From Leucoraja ocellata (lineage: Eukaryota): a stretch of 64,000 nt of DNA. The notes beneath the pieces are model-generated. The model was given only the letters and a program-made list of their open reading frames with translations, had not been told where the DNA came from and did not search any database. The stretch is taken from assembly GCA_036785375.1 (NCBI GenBank), contig JAWMAR010000025.1:3410001-3474000 (forward strand), read 5' to 3'. The translations under genes and the position numbers were made by a program. Each line of letters begins with the position of its first letter. Position 1 is the stretch's first letter. Below, piece by piece: positions 13,601 through 23,684 of the stretch.

Positions 13601-14137
13601 GGGTGTTCCATACGCTGGCTCTCCTGTAAGCCTGCCGTAACTGTACTCCTTCTGGAGTGTGCCTTTGTAAATTATTTTTCCTATGTGGAATTTCAATTGT
13701 GCGACCCGATCTTCCTCCGGGTCCGACTCATCCGAGTCTAATGGCCTGTTTGTTTTTCTTTTTGGCCTTACACCTTATAGGTGTTTCAACGGTACTTTAT
13801 CTATAGTCGTTGTTTTCTACAGCTGATTTTTTAATGGGGCACCCGCTACTCTCAGACACTCTGTCCTCTTGAGTTTTTAGCTGCGGTGCTCTTCCCTTTA
13901 CTTTTCCCATTTTTGTCCCTATTTAGACTTGCCCGTTTGCCAGCACACAGTCTCTACGGAAGAAAAATGGCCTGAAGTGAAAGTAAAAATACATACCTTC
14001 AGGTTTTCTTTCACTCACCGCTTGGAGCGGGCTCTGCTCCTTCCAACGTGTTCGCAGTCGCTATGCGTCTGACGATATGACGAGTGTGCGCCTGGACGGG
14101 GTCTCTTCACGTAGTCACTCACGTGACTGAAGTAAAA
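10657..14137 (-). mobile_element. DIRS1-type tyrosine-recombinase retrotransposon, internally deleted and decayed
   Basis: YR fragments at 11144-12157 (SAQR, HSTR, GW..E...KYY). RNase H motif LQTDASALGWGA at ~12860-12900, plus INYLELL and IDLFAS. Inverted termini: 10731-10769 versus ~14078-14116. An internal complementary region at ~10882-10995 matches both ends. Confidence 0.9.
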
Positions 14138-15154
14138 TTCTCCTGCCTTCTCCACAAAACCTCTGGCAGACATCTTTAGATTTTGGAGTTTAATCCCTTG
14201 GGGGTAGAAGAGTCTTGGGGATGGAGGCTATTAAAAACAAATCATCCAAGTTCTATATTGTTTTACTGAAAGTTCAAATCAATCTATTGAGCGGACTGGT
14301 GAGGATCTAATTGAGCTTTACAGCCACTGCCCAATGAAATATTTGGTGTGACAAACAATACTTATGGCACCATCCTCGCAACTCTTCTCTGAACCCTTTC
14401 AAGCTTGACAATATCATTCCTATAACGTGGTGCCCAGAACTGAACACAATATTCTAAATGCAGTCTCACCAACATCTTATACAACTACAATGACCTCCCA
14501 ACTTCTATAATTGACATGGTAAATGTACTACACTGTGGAGAACTCTGCGCGGCTTGAGCTATGGGTGAGGGGTGGGGCAATGATAGGCACAAAGTGGTCC
14601 TGAAACGGGCTGAAGATCAACTCTAGGATTCCTTGTAGAGCCAGTCCTTCTCTCTTCTACGATGATGTCAAGGAGACACCAGCCTCTCTCAATATCCAAT
14701 GACCCACCCCTGGAGAATCATCTCAGTGCACCCCAAGGACTTTACAGCCAGTGATGTAAGCATATCTAACAAGTTTAATTAATTATTGCAGGGAAAGATT
14801 TTTGCATTCAATTACATCCCAACATCAGGACAAATGTTACTACTTTGGGGAAACTGATTGAAAACTAAACATCAATCGCAATGCAGGAGTGAATCCTGGT
14901 GTCACAAACAACGCTATGAGATCCAGTCTCCATATTATCATCTCAGCACAATGTCTCTAATAATACAGTAATCCACCAAGATTCGCCATTGGACAATGCA
15001 GTGTCCTTAACACAGCTTTTATATCCATGCAGGGCTCCCAAAGTGCACCTCCTCCTCTAATTGTGTAATGATCCATCAGACCAATTCTCACTCATTCTTC
15101 TCTTTCCAATTAGATAACATTCCCTCCATACTTCAATAATGTGCCCCTTTAAAG

Positions 15155-15325
15155 TAGGCACAAAATGCTGGAGTAATTCAGCGGGACAGGCTGCATCTCT
15201 GGTGAAAAGGAATAGGTGATGTTTCGGGTCGAGACCTTTCTTCAGACACAACCCGGAACATCACCTATTCCTTTTCTCCAGAGTTGCTGTCTGACCCGCT
15301 CAGTTACTCCAGCTTTTTCTGTTTA
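15155..15325. repeat. Palindromic pair of Penelope-derived terminal repeats (copy ~37167-37337)
   Basis: Left arm gctggagtaattcagcggg...aggaataggtgatgtttcgggt is the approximate reverse complement of right arm acccggaacatcacctattcc...cccgctcagttactccagc. Confidence 0.75.
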
Positions 15326-15944
15326 TGTTCAGAGTAGTGGGCTGAAGGGCCTGTTAGCACGTAACAAAGGCTTTTTACTGTACCTCGGTACAAGTGACAG
15401 TAAACTAAACTAACTAACTGATTTCCATGCTGTCGTTCTAAACTGAAAACTAAACTCTAGATCCTACAACACTGCTGTATTCTCATGGGAAATGTATTTG
15501 GTCTGCAGGGTTATCTCGTCACACTTCCTCAGTACAGCACTGAGATGGTCAATGTAGACTATTTGCTGACTCTCTGGAGTGGAACTTTAGCAGCTCTTTG
15601 CTTTCAGTTGCAATAATGTTTTCCACTGCGTCAATCTGTCTTTAAAGTAAAAATAAAAGCAAACAAAATGTTAACAGGAAGCACAGCTTTGTGAACAGGA
15701 TCTACAGTCTATTGCAAGAGTTCCATTGGCTGAAACACAGCTGCTTCTTGAAATAGGGACAATGGCTGATGCAAGATTCGTAAAGCAACATCTACAGTTC
15801 CCTGTGTCTTTATATTCTCCCGACAATGTATTTGCTATTCACTGTAACAGATGCAGAATCAGGAATTTAACCATGTAGTGTTTTTGAGGGAGTCACACCA
15901 GTGCACTGCTATAGTTCTGATGCGGACACCCGATGATCACTTTT

Positions 15945-16243
15945 AGTTTAGTTTAGTTTAGAGATACGGTGTGGAAACAGGCCCTTCGGCCCACCGAGTC
16001 GATGCCGACCAACGATCCCCGCACTATCGTACACACACACTAGGGACAATTTACAATTTTTACCATTGCCAATTAACCTATAAACCTGCACGTCTTTGGA
16101 TTGTGCGAGGAAACCGGAGCATCCGGAGAAAACACACGCAGGTCTCGGGGAGAATGTACATACTCCATACAGACAGCACCCGTAGTCAGGATCGAACTTG
16201 GGTCTCTGGCGATGTAAGGCACCAACTCTACCGCTGCTCCATC
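15945..16243 (-). mobile_element. HE1/V-SINE-like SINE (copy ~37955-38256)
   Basis: (gttta)n tail on the + strand, reverse B-box ggatcgaac at ~16189 and the conserved SINE core. Confidence 0.8.
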
Positions 16244-18552
16244 CATGGTCCACTTCATGGTCCCGAGCTATTGAAGTGTTAAAGCATCACAAGCAAGCTC
16301 TGGGTTGATCAATGTAACCCAAGTACTGAATTGTAAATTAGTATTTTCAAGTCAAAGGTCGATTTACCTCTTTTTTGGAAACTGCAGAATTTTTTTTTTA
16401 ACTGAAACATTTAAAAAATATTGTAATCATCTGTAATGAAATAAATTTTTTTGATAGATTGACTCAGTGGAAAACATGAGGGGGCGGGGTGGGGGGCAGG
16501 GGGGCAGGGTGAAGAGAAGAAAGCTGGGAAAGGGAGAGGTAGTTGAAAGCCTCTCAGATAAAAGGTCGACACAGGCGACGGGGATGTTTTTGACAGGCAT
16601 ATTGTTGCAACAAAGGCCAGAGATAAGAGCAATAGGTAGGGTTGAAGAGTTGCAGATTGTGACGCCTGGAATGTAGCAGGAGCGGGGGGGAGTGGAGGGG
16701 AGAATTAGATGGAGGTCCAGGTGGAACGAGCTGCCAGATGATATTGTTGAGACAGGTGATATTGCAACATATAAGAAACATTTAGACAGGTACATGGATA
16801 GGTCAGATTTAGAGGGAATGTGGACCAAACGCAGATAGGTGGGACTAGTGTAGATGGGATATGTATGCCCGTGTTGGCAAGTTGTGCCGTAGGGTCTGTT
16901 CCCATTGCTGCAAGACTCTATGACTCCAGGTGGGGCCCTGGGGAGTTGGGGGGGGGGGGGGGGGGGGGGGGGGGGTGGTGGTGGTGAAGGGTGGTGAGGG
17001 GGGGGGGGGGAGAGGGTGCAAGAAAAAAATGTGTTCTCTGTCTACTCACCTTTGGTAATCATCCTATCCCACACCGCCAACTCAAAGTCTAAAGGTTCCT
17101 CATGACCTTCTGTACACATTTTCTCCGTGTGAATGTGGCATCCTTTCTCAGACAGCAGGAACTGTTATTGCTGCTTGAGAACGCTAGGTGGTGATTTAGC
17201 ACCACATCAAGATCAGAATGGTTGTGACCTTGGGGGAAGAAAGGCATTTTATTGACTAACGATCGTAATGGAAAATCAATGTTACAAAGGTTTCCTTTGG
17301 TCAAGGGCGAGTCTACTTTTGCATTCCAGAGTGTTCAATATATTTCGTATTCAAGATGGACTTCTGATCTCACACTTCCTCCATGATGAGGACTCTTTAT
17401 AATCACTCTGCCTGTGGCTCAGGTTACCCCCAACACTCATTCACAAAATATTACCTTTAAGCAGTTACACCAATGCTGTCCCAGCCAGTCTTTCACCATT
17501 TTCGATTAAGCCAATTAATTCAAAATGTTGGTAAGTTTGTCATGATGTGGTGGCACAATGTTGAATTTTGGCCAATAATGTTCCTGTGCTGCACTTAGGG
17601 ATGCATTAGTACATTAAACTATATACACTTAAATCTCTGTCAAATAACAGATGTGTTACACAACTAATAATCTGCAAGTAACAATGGGAAAGAAACAATG
17701 TACTTGTTGAAGGTGCTTGTTCCAATTGGGTGGAGAAGTTCCCGTTGGAAGATAATAACAATTGTTTGAACCTAAAGATTTCTAATCAACGCATTCTATT
17801 TCCCTTCTAATTGTTGCGAATGGGTGGAGTCAACACAACTCTAAAGCCAACTACTACATGGCTATGATTTCATGGTAATTCAAAAGATTTTCTCCAGTCC
17901 ATTTCAGAAAAAGAAAGTCACAATTTCTAGACACACTCAGGACCCATGAATGTAAATTATATTATAATGTGGCCTATTCTTCTCATCAATACTTATCCCT
18001 CCCATAATAATCATTGCCCTAGATGGACCAAGCCGGGCTTTGACCAAGTGTGGCATCAAGGAGCCCTGGTATAATTGGCATTAAAAGGAAAGAAAGGAGG
18101 TTGTGATTGTTGGAGGTCAGTCATCCAAGCCAGGATACCACTGAAGAGTTCCTCAGGTCACTGTCCTATGTCTAATTGTCCTTTATTGTTTCACCAAGGG
18201 CTTTGCTCAATGAGGCACCGTCTGGAAATACAGACATTATGGTGATCTGGGAAGCACAATGTCTAATTTGTGCACTGCACAATCCCAGAAAACATTACTT
18301 AATAGCAACTAAATCTGTTTTGTGGGATTTTATTTCTCACCCAGAGTTGTGAATCTGTGGGCAGTGGAGGCCAATTCACTGGATGTTTTCAAGAGAGAGT
18401 TCTTAGGCCTCTAGGACTAACAGAATCAAGGGATATGGGGAGAAAGCAGGATTTTGATATTGATTTTGGATGATCAGCCATGATCATATTGAATGATGGT
18501 GCTGGCTCAAAGGGCCGAATAACCTACTGCTGCACCTACTGCTGCACCTGAT

Positions 18553-19700
18553 GTAAGGTAGGGAGGGGGGGGGGGGGAGGTGGGGAGAAGAAAGGAGAAA
18601 GGAAGAGGAGGAGCCAGAGGGCTGAGGGAGAGCTGAGAAAGGGAGGGGACAGCAAGGACTACCGGAAATTGGGGAAGTCAATGTTCATGCCGCTAGGCGC
18701 TGCTCCTCCAATTTCTGGTGGTGCTCACTTGGGCCATGGAGGAGGCCGAGGACAGAAATGTCGGATTCGGAATGGGAGGGGGAGTTGAAGTGCTGAGCCA
18801 CAGGGAGATCAGGTTTGTTAATGCGGACTGAGCGGAGGTGTTCGGCGAAACGATCGCCAACCCTACACTTGGTCTCGCCGATGTAGATCAGCTGACATCT
18901 AGAGCAGCGGTTGCAATAGATGAGGTTGGAGGAGGTGCAGGTGAACCTCTGTCACACCTGCAACGACTGCTTGGATCCTTGAATGGCGTCGAGGGGGAAG
19001 GTAAAGCGACAAGTGTAGCATCTCTTGTGGTTGCAAGGGAAAGTGCCCGGGGAGGGGGTGGTGCCGGAGGGGAGGGAAGAATTGTCCAGGGAGTTACGGG
19101 GGGAACGGTCTTTGCGGAAAGCAGATGGGGGGGAGATGGGAAGATGTGGCGGGTGGTGGGGCCACGTTGGAGGTGGCGAAAATGACGGAGGACTATTCAT
19201 TTTATGTGACGGCTAGTGGGGTGAAAGGTGAGGACTGGGGGGACGCTGCCTTTGTTATGATTGGGAGAATGGAGAGAGAGAGCAGTGTTACGGGGTATTG
19301 AAGAGACCCTGGTGAGAGCCTCATCTATAGTAGTGGAAGGGAACCCCCCGTTCCCTGAAAAATTAGGACATTTCCGATGCCCTGCTGTGGAACACCTCAT
19401 CCTGGGAGCACATGCAGCGTAGACGGAGGAATTGGGAGTAGGGGATGGACCCTTACAGGAAGCAGGGTGGGAAGAAGTGTAGTCTGGGTAGCCATGGGAG
19501 TCAGTGGGTTTGTAGTGGATGTCGGTCAGAAGTCTATTACCTGCGATGGAGATAGTGAGGTCAAGAAATGGTAGGGAAGTGTCGGAAATGGTTCATGTGT
19601 AATTGAGTGTCGGATGGAAGTTAGTGGTGAAGCAGATGAAGTCAGTGAGTTGTGTGCGGGTGCAGGAGGTAGCACCAATGTAATCGTCGATGTAGCGGAG
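18553..19700 (-). mobile_element. Penelope-like element fragment (RT C-terminus + GIY-YIG endonuclease)
   Basis: Minus-strand translation gives VLTFHP...CNHKRCYTC...FTCTSSNLIYC..CSRCQLIYIGETK...RFAEH, with stops and frameshifts. Confidence 0.85.
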
Positions 19701-20675
19701 GCACCTTCGATTTTCCAGCATCTGCAGTTCCTTCTTAAACAATAATTCAGTATAGTTTATTGTCTGTGTAGCGAGGTTCAGTGAAAAGCTTTTGTTGTGT
19801 GCTAACGAGCCAGCAGAAAGAAATACATGATTACAATCAAGTCATCCACAGTTTGCAGATACACGATAATGGATCAGAGTTTAAGTAAGAAATGTTGCTG
19901 TAGGAGTAGATTTGAAATGTGGATTGATTGTAATATGAGATTGCAGATCTGCTTCTGTGGCTAGCATGCAAGTAGTCGCCTGGGTTGGGCGCCATCTTGG
20001 AAGCGTCCATATTTACCTTGTACAAGTGGCTGTTTCCTATATCACTGACACCAGTTCAGACTGAAAAATTCAGGCTCCACTATCCCACGTTTTGTTCATT
20101 ACAGGAAAAAGGTCTGCCATCTCTGCATAATGCAGGGTTAGGTAAGTGGAAAGAGATACCAGCAACTGTAGATGCTGCTTTTCAATAAATGACACAAAGT
20201 ACTGGTGTAACTCAGCGGCTCAGGCAGCATCACTGGAGAACATGGATCGGTGACATGTTGTAGATTGATTGTGGGGGAAGGGGGGTGGAAGGTGGAAGAG
20301 AGGAGGGGCAGGACAAAGTCAGGCAGGCACAGGTGAGGGGTGGGGGTGGTTTCCATAAATAGATGGTTGGACAAAGACCAGAGATGAAAAGACAAAAAGA
20401 TGTGAGATGAGGATAGATGAGGTGGGAATTGTGAAGCAAGACTGTTAGCTGTTAACTTTGTGGATTTGGACTAGGAAGGATTCAAGGCAGGCATCCAATC
20501 AAGTATTAACATTCAATCTGATAAAGCAAAGAATTATAATTCGTTTAACCCTGTCAATCATTAACCTGTGAGGTTCGTCATCCTACAAGAGAGCAACATT
20601 GTGATTAATTGCGCACAGCAGTGAAGTGCCAGAGTCAAAGACAGCAGCAGCCTTGTGCAAAAACAAAAGAACCAA

Positions 20676-20729
20676 ATGAAGACGTTTATACTCAGCCTGT
20701 GTTGTCTCGTCCTGGTGCTGCTGACAATG
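20676..20729 (+). CDS. Exon 1 (signal peptide) of CD24/CD52-like GPI-anchored glycopeptide, paralog A
   Basis: ATG with A at -3. Encodes MKTFILSLCCLVLVLLTM (basic n-region plus hydrophobic h-region). Followed immediately by the donor GTATGT at 20730, phase 0. Confidence 0.85.
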
Positions 20730-21254
20730 GTATGTAAAACATCTTCAAAAACTTTGGCTATTGCTTTTCTTTCCCCTCCACTACAGCTTCTTCTTCTAGT
20801 TTTCTCTCTCGTACTCTGGCACCTCAGTCACAGCCATTTATTCCACCCTGATCTTGTGGTGTGTTTGTATTGTATTGGGATTGTTCTCACCCTGGTTGCT
20901 CTCTCTCCTTCCTCTGGTGAGGCACTACTGAAGGTGAAGAAGCGCTTCATGTCAATGCAATTAAGTCTACATGGAGCGGGAACAAAACCCAAGAACTTTA
21001 TTCCTCTTTGGGCCCCATTATTTGGAACATTTCCTTCTTCGTATCTTTTAGGCCATCTTGCTTGATGGTTTAACATGCCCAGTGCTGTTGGTGAACATAT
21101 TTACCCTTTGAATAACATACGTGTTGCAAGATTAGCTCTGTTGCTGGTGGCTGAATTATTGTCCGTTTATCCATTTATATGAATTATTCTCGTTTATCTT
21201 GAGTCTCTTGTTTTCAGTTAGTTACAGTAGACAATCCCCTATCCATGCCAATGT

Positions 21255-21750
21255 TTTACCCTTTAACAACGAGTAAAGAGGCTGCAGAGAGTGATGGGCT
21301 CAGCCTGGTTCATCACAGGCACAGGTACAGCCCTTCTGACCATCGGAGGGATCTACACGAGCTGCTACTTCAAGAATTTGGCATCTATTATCAAGAATCC
21401 CCACCAGCTGGGGAATTCCTTCTTCTCGCTGCTACCATTGGGCAGGAGGTACTGAAGCCTGAAGACCCACACCACCAGGTCCAGGAATAGTTAATTTCCT
21501 TTTACCATCAGGTTCTTGATCTGACCTCACTCAAACCTAATCCAACCTCAGTAACTGTGCATTACGCACTACCTCTAGCACCACCACGGACTAGTTGTGG
21601 TTTGCACTAATGTCTTGTCTTTGTGCAGTCTTTTTATTTTTCTCTATCTTGCAGAATGTGTATAAACTTTATGTTTTTGCATGTTGTCTATGTGTCCCCG
21701 ATGCTGATTTTCATTGCATTTATACACTATACTGGTGTAAACGGCAAATA
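21255..21750 (+). mobile_element. Degenerate Rex1/Babar LINE 3' fragment within the gene intron (copy ~43190-43683)
   Basis: Frame fragments KRLQRV...SIIKNPHQ.G..FFSLLPLGRRY.SLKTHTTR..NS.FP, typical of Rex1/Babar C-termini. Confidence 0.7.
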
Positions 21751-21909
21751 CATTTTGGCTTAAGATCTTATTCTGTGCAGATCAGCCGCTGCATTACACA
21801 GTATGATCCCAAACCCACTGTGGCCTGTTTTTAGAAAGGACAAATGCGACTGCAGTTTTGGATGCTCCAATTTATTTTATAACCTTCTTCTCTCTTGTTT
21901 GTATGACAG

Positions 21910-22092
21910 ACAACGAAATCCAACGCTGCAAAGCCAACTGAACCAACGAATTCCACCACTACAGAGCCAACTGAACCAATGAATTCTACACCCGAACCTA
22001 CAACTCCTAGCAACTCTGGCAGCCTGCCAACCGTGGCCAAGAGCCTGTTTCTGGGATGGGCGATGATTTTCTGTCACAGTCTACTCGGGTGA
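21910..22092 (+). CDS. Exon 2 (mucin-like peptide + GPI-anchor signal) of CD24/CD52-like gene, paralog A (78-aa precursor)
   Basis: Pyrimidine tract plus acceptor cttcttctctcttgtttgtatgacAG. In frame with exon 1: TTKSNAAKPTEPTNSTTTEPTEPMNSTPEPTTPSNSGSLPTVAKSLFLGWAMIFCHSLLG*. Small-residue omega region (S-N-S-G), spacer, hydrophobic tail ending at the stop. Confidence 0.85.
   Translation, partial: TTKSNAAKPTEPTNSTTTEPTEPMNSTPEPTTPSNSGSLPTVAKSLFLGWAMIFCHSLLG
21928..21993 (+). repeat. Coding 33-bp (11-aa) tandem repeat, 2 units
   Basis: gcaaagccaactgaaccaacgaattccaccact / acagagccaactgaaccaatgaattctacaccc = AKPTEPTNSTT / TEPTEPMNSTP. Confidence 0.9.
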
Positions 22093-23684
22093 AGCCTCCA
22101 ATCGACCGAAGGACTGGGACATTGCGGATTTCCATTAATCTCTGCAATGTTGCTATCAATAATTCATATCCAAATTAATATGCTGTATTTCTAATCTGTG
22201 ATATATCTCTGAGTAAGAATAAGATGTTATTCAGTTTAAAGAGATTGTTAAAACATACATTGATTATTGTTCTACAGGAAGTATTTCTTAAGCCACCCGT
22301 CGACTTGACCTTTAGTTTTTGGGTTTTAATGGAGATATTAAAATTCTGTGAAAAAATAATGAATAATTGAGGAATTGTAAATGGATTATTTATAGTTTGA
22401 GCAACATTCGCTTCCAGTGGAGCAACTGATAGAGCTGCAGCCTCACAACGCTGGATATGCCGGTTCGATCCTGACCACCGTTGGTGGCTGTGTAAAAATG
22501 TTGCATGTTCTCTCTGTGACCATGTGGGTTTCTTCCGGTTGCTCCAGTTTCCCCCGACACGGCAAAGACATGCGGGTTGTAAATTGCCCCTAGTGTGCCG
22601 GGAGTGTATGAGAAAGTGTGATAGCATTGGAATTCGTTTTACGGTCGGGCGTGGACTCTGTGAGCCGAAGGGCCTGTTCCCATGCTGTATCTATAAACTA
22701 AACAGGGCTGAATACCTTTACCAGCAATAACAAAGTCCATCTCATATGCAGTTCACTGTCTTTGTCACACAATAAAATGTTGAGAGGTTCATGGAATTTG
22801 AGTCCAAGTTATGGAGGCTGGAAAAATCTAGGCTTCCGAACTCAATCTTTGAGTTACCGCCATTCCTCTCAGTATTGCTTTAATAAATCCATGTATTTTG
22901 GCAAGCACAGGGCAGGAGAACAGGATGATAACTATCTCATTCTTTAATCGCAAAGTATGTGATTTGCAATTGAACTGATAGCTTTTGATTTCTCAACTAA
23001 TAAATTTGGATGGTGATTCATTTCAATTTATAGATGACGATGAAGTTGCGCAATGAGGTATAAGCTGCAATCGTGTTACGAACAGGTACCATTTTTACAG
23101 ATCCGTCCATAACTTATTTTTTGTAAAATGCACAAATATCACTCTATATGGTAACCCCACTGACACAATAGTGTAATGAATGGAATTAAAAGCCCATAAC
23201 ATTAATAAGAAAGAACAATTGTAATATATGGAGATTAATCCAGTTCTGCCATTCGTAGGGACAATTAGCCTACAGCTAATCAGTCTTTAGAATTTAGTAT
23301 TATTATTGGAGTTGGTTCACATGTATCATCCATAACCTGGGACAACCTGTTTGCTGAATGTGGGCGTTTTATTAACTCTTGCAATACACTTTCCTGGATT
23401 TATCTTCCAATGCTCCCAACTGACGTACACTTCATGTTACTTTCTTCTTCCCTTTTACAGATTCATCAATTCGGAAAATTAGGAATACAGATTATTTAGT
23501 AGACACATAGAACAGCAGATGCTGGACTACAAAATAAGATACAAAGTGCTGGGGTAAATCAGCGGGTCAGGCACATCTCTTGAGGACATCTGGTACGTGG
23601 CATTTAGGGGCCAAGTCTGAAGAAGGGTCTGAAGAAGGGTCTCGACCCAAAACGTCACACAGGAGCAAAATTAGGCACAAAATT

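Noticed and set aside
16940-17012. Long poly-G tract and potential G-quadruplex
   Set aside because: Its length differs greatly from the duplicate (~38955-39010). It is a low-complexity run prone to slippage or sequencing error, with no functional evidence.
20440-20675. Putative promoter motifs (CCAAT ~20494, GATA ~20521, TATA-like ~20534)
   Set aside because: Short motifs expected by chance. The transcription start is unknown, so they cannot be supported from sequence alone.
20655-21065. 136-aa hydrophobic ORF (and 42573-42854) resembling a multi-pass membrane protein
   Set aside because: It is exon 1 read through the splice donor into a pyrimidine-rich intron. A 16-bp indel changes the frame between paralogs, so it is not conserved.
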